The position numbers and the translations under genes were made by a program. The notes below the pieces were generated by a model that worked only from the letters and a program-made list of their open reading frames with translations, searched no databases and had not been told where the DNA came from. Shown one piece after another: positions 1 to 12,923 of a stretch of DNA of 64,000 nt. Location of the stretch: contig CDLV01000013.1 in the NCBI GenBank assembly GCA_001244265.2, positions 1,116,001 to 1,180,000 of the forward strand. Direction: 5' to 3'. Within the stretch, counting starts at the first letter, position 1. Every line of letters starts with the position of its first letter. Origin of the DNA: Microbotryum violaceum (lineage: Eukaryota).

Positions 1-60
1 AGAGTGGCCTCGCTAGCTCGAGCTCGAGGGAATGACCCCGTCTGGCAGCTCAGGACTGAC

Positions 61-201
61 CTCTCGAGCGGCCCTTTGACCAACAAAGCCATTCCTGTCT
101 TCACGAGCAAAGCCTTCGTCATCGAGTCCGAGGCCCTTGATGTGCGAGTGCGAGGCGACTCGCTGTTCCCGGGACGAGGAGGACGTCGTCGCGGCGGCCA
201 T
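61..201 (-). CDS. RVB1: RuvB-like AAA+ helicase 1 (Rvb1/pontin), first exon; gene continues beyond the window start
   Basis: [47 protein letters not shown] matches the Rvb1 N-terminus ([17 protein letters not shown]); GTCAGT donor at position 60. Confidence 0.9.
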
Positions 202-824
202 GGATGCGATCGCGCTAGACTGAGCAGAGGAGTAAGGCGAGAAAGTATAGAAGAGGCTTGATCACAGAATATGGGTGCGGTGCGAACAGTGGATCGGGGA
301 GAGAAGAGGGCGACGTATGGGGAATACCGGAAGGGAGTAATACTTGGACGGAGCTCGAGTCGAGTCCTTGCGACGAGTGAACGAGAGTGAGCGTGAGCGC
401 TTGAGCGCTTGAGAGCTTGAGCGGCGACGAGCGGCCGACGGCGGCGGCGAGAGACATTCCTGTGGATTACCAAGCTGTAGAGGCACAGCACTTTCGCCCG
501 GTCAAGTGTTGGAAAACTGAGAGTCTCATCTTTTGTGATTTTTGCAGTTTGTGGCACGCTTGTAGGCCAAAAGAGCAGGTGGTATTCCCCAATGCAGCTG
601 TTTACTAACAGCGGGTTAGAACACCTCTGAGGCCCAAAATTTGTCCAGCCCACGAGTGTTGGCATGTGGGGGCCACAGTGAGATCCCTCCGTTCCGTTTC
701 GCTGCTACCCGACTGCACCACGTCGCGACCAAGTCACTTCGTACTGTGAGCAAGCGTCGCTGTGCTTCTCTTTGGAACCCGTACGCTCGAAGCTGATGCT
801 GTTGCCCGCTTCGCAGACGTTAGG

Positions 825-3029
825 ATGAGCTCGTCGACATCCTCTTTGCCCTCATCGTCCTCGGTGCGCCCAGACCCCGTCGTAACCGATCACCAGACCC
901 TGATCGACCGACTCAAGGCGATCCTGTCACGATCATCACCCGCAAAGCTCTCTTCGGCGGATCTACAACTCGTCTTCACCTCTTTGGCCACCCCAGCGTC
1001 CTCCTCTTCGTCTTCCTCAGCTCGATCGCTCTCTCTCGCCATCCTCGCACGGGCCTACCCATCTACACCGACTTCACAACCCTCCAAGGAAGAGCTCAAG
1101 ACCTTGAGGGAGACTCTCACATCACTGCTCTCAGGGACCGATTCCAATGACCTCGTGGCTGGCCTTTCGGGGCTCTCGGCCCTGTTGCAAGTTTCTCCGA
1201 CTTGGACAACGGTCTCGCTGCTCTCCTCTCCCGAGCCCACGACTTTGGTCCAGCACCTCATCTCTACCGTCGAACACATCTCAATCAATACCTCATCGAA
1301 AGGCAACTCGAAAGGAAAAGAACGAAAATCGAGAGAACAAAGCGCTCTGATCGAATTGCTGTCAATCGCTTCGGGCCAATCCAAATTGAGGAAACTGATC
1401 CGCGATTCGTCAAACGACTGGCTGGATTCGTTGTTGGGCTCTCCCAAGAAGAAGAATGGATCGAGCGAGAAACTGATTAAAGCGATGGCAGCTTTGACGG
1501 TCGTCAAGTTGAGATTGGGCACCGGACCACCGGAGGAAGGAGGGGCTACGACGACGTCTTCGGCCATCAAGGAGGAGCAAGAGGTGCCCAAATGGAGTCT
1601 TGAGGAGCTTTGTAGGGTCTTCAGCGAACTGTTTGTCGAGGAAACCAAGGGCGAAGAGAAGATATCTTTACCGTTGGATCCGACAAAGGAAGCGGTCCTG
1701 CTGGCCTCGCTCGAAGGGCTGGCCTACCTCACCCTCGTACCGACCGCTGCTTTGAAGGACCAACTCGTCTCGAACAACGGGGGTTTCCTTCGCGCCTTTC
1801 TCGATTTGCTCCCGAAGCTGTACCCTAAACCAACGGACAAGACCTCTACTCCCGCTCTTGATTATTCAATTGCTACCTTGCTGTCCCACCTCGTCAAATT
1901 TCCCGAACCGTTGGACTCGACTTCGGATCAAGCCCAATTGAACCGGCTCAAGAATTTCGCGTCGGCTCAGGTAAAGTCACCTATGCAAGCCAGTCAAACG
2001 GAGACGAAGGAACAAGTCACCTCCAGGATGGACGGTATCATCTCTGCGTCGCCTATACCAACTCTTCGACATTTCTGCTTGTCTTCGTCGCTTCAGACTC
2101 GTCGATTGGCGGGGAGGATCCTGCATGCGCTGGTGACGCCTCAAGCGAAGCGAGGTCTACTACTGCAAGCTGGTGTCGCCCGATTACTACTATTTCTTAT
2201 TCGACGACAACCTAAACCCATTTCGATCGAGGAAGGGGACATCGAGCCCATCCAAGCCTTGACCAAGTTGTTGATCACGACGAACCCATCGCTCGTCTTC
2301 CCCGATCCTCCTCTCCTCCTCGAAGCACTCAACATTGTTTCCACGCCCCTTAAAACTAAACCCTCCACGGCGACCCTCCCTTTGTTAACGATCTTTGAAT
2401 CGCTCATGGCTCTGACGAACCTGATCTCCCTTTCCGCGGAATTGGCGAACCATCTCGCCTCGGCTCAACAAGGGATCTTGAAATCTCTTCACGAGGAAGG
2501 TTTAATTTCCTCCCAGCCCATGATCCAAAGAGCATCCACCGAATTGGTATGCAATTTAGTCAACTCCCCGAACGGAGTGGAGTTTTACTCCGTCGGTACT
2601 TGTTCGACTTTGGCGACCCAAACGTTGCTCAATCAACGCCTTTCGATCCTTTTAGCTTTATGTTGTTCCGAAGATAGGGCGACTCGATTAGCGGCTAGTG
2701 GCGCATTGGCGATTTTATGCTCGCATTCGGAAGAAGTTGGGTTCGTATTGTGTTTGGAACAGGGGATCAACGGGCTGGAAAGGATAGGGGAGTTGGTGCG
2801 GGAGGAGGACGAGGGGTTGAGGCATAGGGGTTTGGACGTGTTGAGTTCCATACTGGGGGCTGTGGAGAGGTGTCAGGTGGCAGAAAAGAGGAAGGAAGGT
2901 GTGGAGAGGTTGACGAAGGGTGATATTTTGAGGGTGCTCATAGAGTGTGAGAGAGCGGAGAAGGTAGGGATGTTAAAAGAGTTGGCGGGGGCGGATAGGA
3001 AGGTCTTGGAGAGGTTGCTAGGGATTTGA
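825..3029 (+). CDS. SHE4: UCS-domain myosin chaperone (She4/UNC-45/CRO1 family), ARM repeats
   Basis: Single long ORF with ATG at 825; motifs EGLAYLT, QALTKLLITTNPSLVF, FESLMALTNL, IQRASTELVCNL, TRLAASGALAIL typical of the UCS domain. Confidence 0.85.
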   Translation: MSSSTSSLPSSSSVRPDPVVTDHQTLIDRLKAILSRSSPAKLSSADLQLVFTSLATPASSSSSSSARSLSLAILARAYPSTPTSQPSKEELKTLRETLTSLLSGTDSNDLVAGLSGLSALLQVSPTWTTVSLLSSPEPTTLVQHLISTVEHISINTSSKGNSKGKERKSREQSALIELLSIASGQSKLRKLIRDSSNDWLDSLLGSPKKKNGSSEKLIKAMAALTVVKLRLGTGPPEEGGATTTSSAIKEEQEVPKWSLEELCRVFSELFVEETKGEEKISLPLDPTKEAVLLASLEGLAYLTLVPTAALKDQLVSNNGGFLRAFLDLLPKLYPKPTDKTSTPALDYSIATLLSHLVKFPEPLDSTSDQAQLNRLKNFASAQVKSPMQASQTETKEQVTSRMDGIISASPIPTLRHFCLSSSLQTRRLAGRILHALVTPQAKRGLLLQAGVARLLLFLIRRQPKPISIEEGDIEPIQALTKLLITTNPSLVFPDPPLLLEALNIVSTPLKTKPSTATLPLLTIFESLMALTNLISLSAELANHLASAQQGILKSLHEEGLISSQPMIQRASTELVCNLVNSPNGVEFYSVGTCSTLATQTLLNQRLSILLALCCSEDRATRLAASGALAILCSHSEEVGFVLCLEQGINGLERIGELVREEDEGLRHRGLDVLSSILGAVERCQVAEKRKEGVERLTKGDILRVLIECERAEKVGMLKELAGADRKVLERLLGI

Positions 3030-3209
3030 ACACGCATGATGGTATGCTACAAGACTTTGTTGTAGTTCATTGGCTCTTCAAGCGCAAGGGTATATGATGG
3101 AACAAAACAGAAGCGGGGAGAAAGTCATGCAAAGCTACAGCTAGGAATAGACAAAGCCCGAAGGGTTTGCCGATCAAGTCAAAATTGAAAATCGGGGGAA
3201 GCGAATCTA

Positions 3210-6200
3210 TCACGCCAACACATCCGTCGCCTTGGCCAAGAACAATACGACAGCACTCCAGAGGATGAGAAAAATACCCGTCAACACTTCGGGACCACGA
3301 TGTTGGTTCCAGGGGGCCAAGGTCTTGAAATGTTGTTTGGGGCGAGCGACGAAGGAATAGTGGTCCCGGACGACGAAGGCTTCTCTAGGGGTCGTGAGGA
3401 TGAGGGAGGGGAAGAGAAGGGTGGTGCTGGAGAGAACGCTGATGTGTGTTAGTAAGGTATATTGGACCAGGAAAGGGGATGCGTGAAGAGTCACTCACAA
3501 AGGCACGAGAGAAGCGAAGAAAAAGTCCAGCCAGACCAAACTCGGCCAAGTAAGCGTCAAGATTAGAGTCAAAATCACATGATGCGAATGCTCCATCGCG
3601 GCGTCAACTTGATACTCCTTGAAGACTCTCCAGAGGGAGACGCCGATCGCGGCGAGGTAGACGGCGAAGTAACCGACGTGAGGGTCGATGATGAACCAGA
3701 AGAGGCGCTTGAGGAAGGAGGGACGGGCGACGGTCTCTTTGGTTTGGGAGACCGAGACGTCCGAGGCGTTCGAGAACCCTCCGATTGCTTTGGGAAGGAT
3801 GAGGCGGAAAAGGGCAAGACCATGATAGGGGGCGGCGAAGATCCAGGCTTGGAGTGAGCGACGGGGAGAGGAGGTCCCTGTTGCCCAGCACCAGACGACT
3901 TCGTGGAGGCGAGAGAAGACAATCATGACCAGCGCGGATTCGAGCAGAGAGGTGAGCTGGACGACGTCGGGGGTGATTACCAATAATCCACCATAGGAAA
4001 GCAGGAAGGGGTAAAAGGATGTGAGGGCCATGAGGAGGAGGGAAAAGAAGGGGACCATAGCCCGGCCGAGGAAGTACAGTCGGTTCGCGAGAGACTGCAA
4101 GAAGCACCGCACAGGGAAGCACGAGCGTCAGCAAATCAAAGTGCGGAAAAAATGTAAATTATTTCAGACTCACCATGCTCTTGATCTTGCTCGAGTAGAG
4201 AAAAAAGTTGAACCTCGACGCCGTTCGAAGAGGACCAATGGCATTGATCATCATCGCGTTGATCTGCGCGCCATACGTGGGTTGGGCCATGGTCCACTGC
4301 AGCACCTCATTAACGACCTCGACTTTGTACCCATTACCCCACATCAGCGCTTCAAGCTCGCCATCGGGGATCCACGACTTGGATGGGAAACCACCGATCT
4401 CTGTTACCGCGCTGCGGCGCATGACGAAACCTGAACGATGTTCAGAAGAGGTCTCGGCGGCGTGTAAGAGCGTCAAGACGGACTGCAAGACTCGACGAGG
4501 GAGGTTGATGAAACCATGCGGGGTCTTGATGAGGCCGATCTCAGAGTCCGCAACGATGGTCGGCAGCGTAGCTCTAAGGTAGTTGCGATCGGGGATGACA
4601 TCGGCTTCGAGAATGGCCACGAACTCGGCGGGTCCTTTGGCACCGAACGAGCTCGCTTCTTTGAGGCCAAAGGTGACCGCTTCAGCGCGAGTGCGGAACA
4701 CACCCTTGTCGTTCGCTGTCGAAGCTGTACGGTGGTAGGACAAGTGGGGGCAAGCTTGAGTTTTGACGTGCTTTTGGAGCTCGCGTTGAAGCGTGAGTGA
4801 ATTGGCAGAGTCGAGGACCATGACGCGGTATCGGTGAGCGGGATAGTCCATCGCGGCCGCTGCTATGGCGCAGTCAAAAACGATTTGGTCGGGTTGTCCG
4901 GAGGATACGATCAAGACATCCACCGAGGGCAAGTTGATGTCACCTCGGAGGCGGAGCTTGGGTAGACTCGCTGCGGAGCGGTAGATGTAGACGGTCCAGA
5001 GCGAGGACAAGGCTGGCCACAAGATGTGAACGTCAGTAAGAGATCGCTTAAACTGTAGTCGAGCTTGTGAACTTGGACTCACTCAAGATAACAGCAATGC
5101 AAGTTTCATATGCCAAGAAACCCCAACCGCTCACCAGGCTCAGCGCGGACGAAAGGTCCGTCTCGACCATTCGGAACGAGCGCAATCGCTGCGCCAGATA
5201 GATCCAAGTCGAGATAGTGCTCAACAGGACCGTTAGCCAAGTCATTGCCCCGGCTACTTTATTAGCCCCATTTGGGAAGCTATGACCGTTGGTTCCGACT
5301 GAACTCGGGTAAACGGGTAGAGCGACGATGGAAGGGCGTTTGATGTCCATTTCTGTTCCGCCGCTTCCGAGGGACTCATCCGACCAGCCTGCGGACTGGG
5401 TTTGACCTAGTAATTTGAAAGAGTACGCCTCGTTGAACACGGACTTTTCCAAAAACCCAGGACCAAGCTCGCCGAGATCCGTCGTCGCACCATCCGAAGG
5501 CTCGTAAAGAAGGCGAGACGTTGTGGTCATCAAGAAGGGTTTGACAGGCTTGGTCGCAGGGAATTGGAAGGATGGGTTGATACCAAACTCAAGGGTGAGG
5601 CTACTGTTGGCCGAATCGTTGAGATTTGATCTCATTTCGGTGTCGTTCTCGCTTCTCGATTTACCGGTAAGACGATGTTGCCATTCTGACTCGCGACGAG
5701 CACTATCGACCGCACGCACTTGGTTCGCCATATCGGCGATCGCAGCCTCCATAGGTGGGAAGTGCGAAGGTCCGAATCCCGCACTCGTGAGGGAACTTTG
5801 ACGCGATCCAATCCCTTGACGCTGCGATCGAATACCCGCAGTTGGATCTTGTCGTCGTGGCTGAGTGCGGCCGCTCTGCTCGCCTATGTTAACTCGTCCT
5901 TCGTACATCCCCTTGCTGTTGAACACCTCGCTGCCTCGAGTACGGTTCTGATGTTGGCGCTGGCCTTGGAGCATCTCGACGCTCGCGAAAGCTTCGATCG
6001 GGGTGCGCGTGCCTCGAAGGCCTTCATTGGTGGAAGTAAGGGCTGAGCCTGAGGCAGTTGGCGCGAGTGAGATCGAAGGATGGCGGGTGTGCGAGCGGCG
6101 ACGTTGGTGAAGGCCTTCTTCAGCTAAGACGGGTCTTAATTTCTCCTCAATCTGACGAGATCGACGAGACTCGTTCGCTGCTGCAGCAGCGGCCGCCGCA

Positions 6201-6760
6201 CTCCCGGAAGCGCGTTTGCCGAACGTAGAGGAAACCCCTGTATTGGAAACCAGCTCGCGCTGTGACAACCCGGCCGCTGAGGTCGTGGACAAAGGGTCGA
6301 TCGACGAAGATCGTCGAATAAAATTGAGACTCGTATGTTCGGGCGTACCAGGAGCCGAAGAGGCCGAATCGCTCCTAGCTTCTTTCCCAGTTGCCGAGTG
6401 GCCTGATTCGCTCAGTCCTTCGGCGAACGGGTTCGGGTTCGTCGGTGCGGGGATCGTCGTGACGAGGCGCATCGAGAGGGGTCTCATGGGTGGTACAGGT
6501 GGAATAGATTCGCGTGATAATGAAACGGTAAAAGAGATCGAATCCGCGGAGGAGGTCGAACGACGCAAGAGGTTCGGTCGAAGCGCCGTCGCCGAGGTAG
6601 GCTCGATGCGAATGCTGCTCCGCTCCTCGCCTTTGGTCGACGAAGGCGGGAGGGGCAGAGGTGGAGGTGGTTCCGAATCGCCGGCGCCGCCGCGGCTCGA
6701 GCGCGAAAAGAGTCGCGAGGCTCGACCGCCTGGTGTCGACGATCGTCTCTTGCTGGGCAT
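3210..6760 (-). CDS. Cellulose-synthase-like family 2 glycosyltransferase homolog with degenerate catalytic motifs, long low-complexity N-terminus and multiple TM helices
   Basis: Spliced from ORFs 5048-6799, 4159-5082, 3495-4112 and 3210-3494; LPSVDVLI...AMDYPAHRYRVMVLD, EFVAILEADVIP, AVTEIGGFP resemble CesA-like GT2; ATG (MPSKRR) at 6760. Confidence 0.75.
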
Positions 6761-8310
6761 CTTATTTCTTGTGCAAACAGTCCCAGCAGTTATCGTCAAA
6801 GAACTCTGTGCGATGAAGTCATGACGGCGGTTGGGTGCGCCGGGGCTGCGGTCAGCCTCTCGGACTCTGGAGCGCGCCGGGCGCTTGGGGGAACCTTTGG
6901 CACCTCAAGATACTCACCTGGATTATGGCAAGATCGGTCTGCTTCGTGAAAAATAGGGAGTGTAAAGTAACGAGTGTGAGTTTCACCTGTTGAGGCGCTT
7001 AGTGGCTGGGACAGACGGTTGGTGTACAGAGAAAGAAGGTCGAATGCTACGTGACGGAGGTGAAGGGAAGGCACCACTCGGCGCTGGCGATCCCTCCTGC
7101 CATAATCGGAGATCTTGAGGGGGTGGCTGGGCCTGGCCCTGCGCGGAGCCAGAGAGCATTTGGGCGGTTTCGCCCAGCATTGCGCGCTTGGGCTTGTGCA
7201 CTAGCAGAAAAGCTTTAAGGTTGATCCGCTGAATTAAAGAGAGTTGAATTCGTAGATCTGCTCTTTGGTCTTGCAACTCTTACTCTCCTCGTGGCCCGGT
7301 GATCTCGGTGACCACGCTGGCACTGCGGCAGTGACCGCCGACCGAGTGCCGCGCCGAAATTGCTCAGCGCTCATTCTTCCCTTCCTTCAGCTAGTGAGCT
7401 CCTTCCGATCCACACGAGCCTCAAGTGATACCAAAGTTACTGGCTTGGTAGCACGCCGAATATTGAAGCAATTCTGGTGGTGGTTCTGATGGTTGGTCGC
7501 GCGAAAAGGTTTTCCCGATCGGTGGCGATCGCGCTTCCGCGCCTGACGAGGCTCCTAAAGCTACTCGCCCGGCAGTCTCTTCAGGTAATTTGACCGGTCC
7601 TCGGCAGAGCTAATCGCAGTTGATCCCACAAAGCACAGCGATGTAGCTACTTTTATGTGGCTACTTTCTCCGCTCTGTCCATTGTGATCTATGTATTGTG
7701 GGGTCTGGTGTTCCGGGTGGAGAAATAGTTTTGTGTGGATATCGAATATCAACTGAATTGGCAGTGAGTTTGTACGACGCGAACGAGTTCCGCAGTTCTG
7801 CCACAGACTCTATTGCCCTTTGGCAGTCCTTTGCTGGGTTGAAATACAGGGAGTTCGTCTACAACCTACTTTCACCTCCTTAAACCTGCCCTCTGTCCGT
7901 TCAGCTTGGGCCAGCGTTTGGGCCACTAACAAAGCGGACCGGACCGTTTCAGAGCGCGGTGCGCGCCAATCTCAAGGTGTCGGGTCATTGTCTCAGCAGC
8001 TCAGCGCTCAGCGCTCAGCACCCTACATCGCCCACCTCTCGACTGGACGCGTGACTCTCGACTCGAACTGTTGCCGACCCCCTTCCTCCTGTTGAGCCCG
8101 ATCCTGTCCTGCTACGCGGCGTTTGCGACCACGACTGTTGTCCCTCGGCACTTGCTGCGCCTACAAACCGCACCTCTCGGCGTAGATTCTTTGTGGGGCC
8201 AGACCACCCACTGCACCGGCTTGTTGTGGTCGCGTGCAGAGAGGCGCAGTGCAACTGCCTTCCCGATCGAACACTCCCTCAAACCTACGACCCAAGTCCG
8301 GATTTGCAAC

Positions 8311-10447
8311 ATGATCCAAGACGTTGCATCGTCGTCCAACTTGGCAAAGGGTGAGCTTTTTTCTCTGTGGGTCTCTTAGTCGAGCGGGCAAGCGCTATCC
8401 GGTTCCGAGACTCCGAGCCCAAGTGGGGCAACGACCGAAGCTGCTGCACCGCCGTCGCTGGCGTGCTTCGATCACCGTATTCGACCCAGTTCGGTGTCCT
8501 ACAGTAGGAACTGCATTCGCCCCCCGACATGGACACGGCCTCCGACCCATACGAGGGAGTCACCATCACCTCCTCCAAGGGCCACCATCCCTCGCCCGCC
8601 CGCGGCTGAGACGTGCAGGAACGGCTTACTCATCGCGATCAGCCCGGTACACACGCGACCTCCCCCACTCGAACTATAACCTGGCATCCAAAGGTAGTAC
8701 TTCGAAGTGGCCCAGGCGAGACCGACGACCCGTCTCGAGGCGCGACTATAGCTTCTCGAGTCCTCGTCCCCCCCCCCGGGTCCTTCGCGGTTCACAGCAT
8801 CCCGGTACACCGATCGTTGCGCAGGGGCAAACGCACTGAGCACCCGAATGGCCTCCACCCACAGAGTTTACCCCGCGCAGGGAAGGAATACCAGAGCGGC
8901 TCAGATTGGACAAGCACGCCTCGCCAGACTCGTCCGCTGCCCGGTCGCGCCCCTCGTCGCCGCACATCTCGTCCATTTCCACCCCTACCACTGCCGCATT
9001 CGATGTTCTAACCCCTGGCTCAACACCCAAGGCATCGAAAACACCTCAGCCTCCACCCGTGCCCGAGCAAGCCGCAGCGCCTCCGGATGCCACACCTGAG
9101 ACCGGCGGTGCTCTGACCGAATCAACCTCACAGCGCGAGTTGAATGCCGCTCGTGCCGCGCTCGCCGATGTGCACCTCACCAAGGCTAACACCGACCCCG
9201 AACACTATGGTCGCCATGCCGAACCCTCTTCCTCCACTTCATCCCAGCCTGCGAATCTTGTCATCTCCATCGATGCAGTTCGAGCCGTCTCCCTCTCGGC
9301 ATCGGCTTCCTCGTCTCGCAACGCATCCCCAACGGCGCCAAAACCTCCGACCTTCCCTCGTCGTCATTCGGGATCCCAGACCTCTCTATCATCGCCACGC
9401 AACAGTAACGCGAGCATCCTGCACGAGACGACCCGTCGACTCTCGACGACTTCGACCCACCTTCTCTCGCCTCGAGCCGCGGGCGAGTCGGCAGGGTGGA
9501 CCCCCACGGATGTGCAGCATTCCCCTGTGACCGAAGGCGTCGTCGATTTCTTCTCTTCGACGAACCAATCCGCTCCCTCGACTTCAGCTTCGACCTCTTC
9601 GACCAAATTTGAATTGATCGTCAGGGACTTTGCTTATCCTTCCGACGACCCGAGGTTCAAAGGTCTGCCGCACCCGGATGAGGTCAATGATAAGAGAGAT
9701 AGTTCGTCGAGGGCGAGTCGGATGAGTGGGCTGAACTCACCGGCGATTGGGAATGATGCGTTCGGCGCTTCGGGTTCGAGTGCTTGTGAGTTGGACGGCT
9801 ACTGCCGAGCGCGTAGAACGGCGCCATAGACACTCGCACTTACGGAACTTTCCATTCCGCTATCAGTTTCGTGGGGTTTCGTCACCTCCCACGCCACCGA
9901 TTTCAACACCTCCGAAGACGATTCCCAACTCTACTCAGAAGACGACGCCTCCTCCCGCTCCGAATTCGACTACGCCGATGCGCACTCCGCCGAATTGAAA
10001 CTCGGTGAATTCGTCCCTGGCATTTATTCGGCCATGTACGACTTTGCCCCTGAACTCGATACGGAAATGTCGATCAGTACGGGCGAACTCGTCACCGTGT
10101 TTTCGAGACAATGTGCGGGGTGGGTTCAGGCGGCGAGGGTGGGGCAGGATGGGAACGTGACTGGGGAGATGGGCTTGGTGCCGGAGAATTACTTGGCGTT
10201 GATTGAGGAAGGGGAATTCGTGACGAGTGAGACGCCGATGATGACTGGCGTTGGAGTTGGGGTTGAGGTGGAGTATAATGATGAGACGCCTTCGGCGAAT
10301 GAGGTGAATCCTTACGAGGAGGAGAGCGAGGACATGGACGAGGGTGCGGATGGGCAACGGAGAGGCGGGGAGGCGTTGAGCGACGAAGATGGGTCTAAGG
10401 TTTCGATGTCGACAACACCGACGAGCGACCCGAGAACGGAGGCGTGA
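8311..10447 (+). CDS. SH3-domain adaptor, Nbp2/Skb5-like (HOG pathway regulator)
   Basis: IVRDFAYPSDDPRF motif plus C-terminal SH3 (YSAMYDFAPELDTEMSISTGELV...GWV...GLVPENYL). Proposed introns 8351-8504, 8805-8864 and 9786-9867 keep frame; 5' start is uncertain. Confidence 0.7.
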
Positions 10448-11568
10448 TTATGTTGCCCTTGAGGCGCCGAAAGGACATTTGCGTGGATTTTTAACTACTT
10501 ACTCTTCTGTGTTTCTGCCCTTTCTACCCTTCTGCCGTGCCCCTTTTGCGTTCTCATCCTTTCCGATGTACGATGCTGTTTTTCTACACTGTTTTGCTTA
10601 TTCCCTACCGCCCACCTGGGGACCATGGTACACAGACACACAGACACATACACAAACCTACACCGCGCGCCGCAAACTCTCACTGTTTGCTTGATATGCC
10701 ACAAAAACGCAGAGAGAGACGAGAGCGAGATGTACAGCATATCTTCAGGACAATTTCTTGGACTCGGAACATTACAATTCTTAGGATACTAGGTGCGGCG
10801 GCGCGCTCCGCGCGCCACCTCCCACCGTAAGAGTTGACCCGCTGCAACGTGATGTACCTGGCTGCAACAGCTGCTGTACTGTTGAGTCACGGAAGCGTAG
10901 TGGATGAAGTCGGGAGAGGAGCGCGCGACGACGATCAAATGTACAGAGCCTTCATTTCATCACTGAACCATTTTTTTGTTCTCTGGGAGCCCGATGATGG
11001 GCTCAGATCGTCGTCGACACCTCGAGCAGAAATAAAAATACGCCTCAACAGGCGCAGACTATGACTGATCCGGTATTTCGAACGGGGCGTTCGTTCAGAC
11101 TGTCGCAAGGTGACGGATGTTCGTTGTATAGTTCGTTACTTCGTATACGTAGTAGGGGGCGATTGAGCAAAGCAAAAGAATGGGCGGTGCGTCGCCGCCA
11201 TCTCCAGCGTCTCTGCCGGCCAGTCCCGGCCCCAACTTTTTCGCGCGACCCGTGCCGAATCACGTGTTCGAGGTAGAGCTCTTGTTCAGCTTGCAGAGGA
11301 AAATAGTAACTCCCAAAAAATATGCCAAAATCCCGAATGCACTATTGTTCGCCGACTGTGCCTTTGTTTTCAGGTTTTCCACCGAGTTGTAGTGGGGTTG
11401 AACGAACGTCTTGGTAGCTCGACATCGAGGTGGGCATACCTCAACTGGGTCAAGTCGGCCACCTGGGGTAGCAAGGTTGCACCCGGCTGGGGTTGTGGCT
11501 TGGAAGGCGCGTGAGGGGGCGCTGCGCGCGCGCCTGTTGAGGCGTATTCTTTATGTCTGCCCGAGGTG

Positions 11569-12313
<745 letters not shown>

Positions 12314-12923
12314 CCGAGCCGTTGAGGATCTGCCACGGGATGGTGAGCCACAATTCATGAGGTGTGATGGGTAAGGTGTGAAGAGCAGGAGGGAGAAAGA
12401 TGGAGAAGCCTGCGCCTCAATTTAAACCGGGCTCAGAATGTCGCGGAAGGCCGCGGAACGCCGTGGAGTGAAGCCTAGTGTCGGCAAGCCGTGACACGCT
12501 GGCGGCCCCTAACGGCGGAATTGGCGCACTGGCCAACACTACCCGAGGTCTGGCATAGATTTCGGCGGTGGCAGGAACTGGATGATTGAAGGAACTACGC
12601 TACGATGTGGTAGACACGCTAGACAGGTCGTTTTAGTCTGCTTCGGGAAGCAGAGAGTCATGTGCCAGCCTAGGCTGCTTTGATGGAAAATGGAACCTCG
12701 GCGAACGTAGGCAAAACGGGTCTGTCGCTGGCCGACCCAAGCTGAAACAGCGCTACACAGCTAGCTGGGACGCGCTGGACCGAGAGCTGCCTATGACGTC
12801 ACGCCACGTGGTTCGTCTCCCGCTCTTTGACGTTCTTTGTGTCTTTGTCTTGGGGTCAACTTTTTTATTATATAGTTGTAAGGATAGTTGTAAGGATACT
12901 TGGCGAACTGGACGCACTACATT

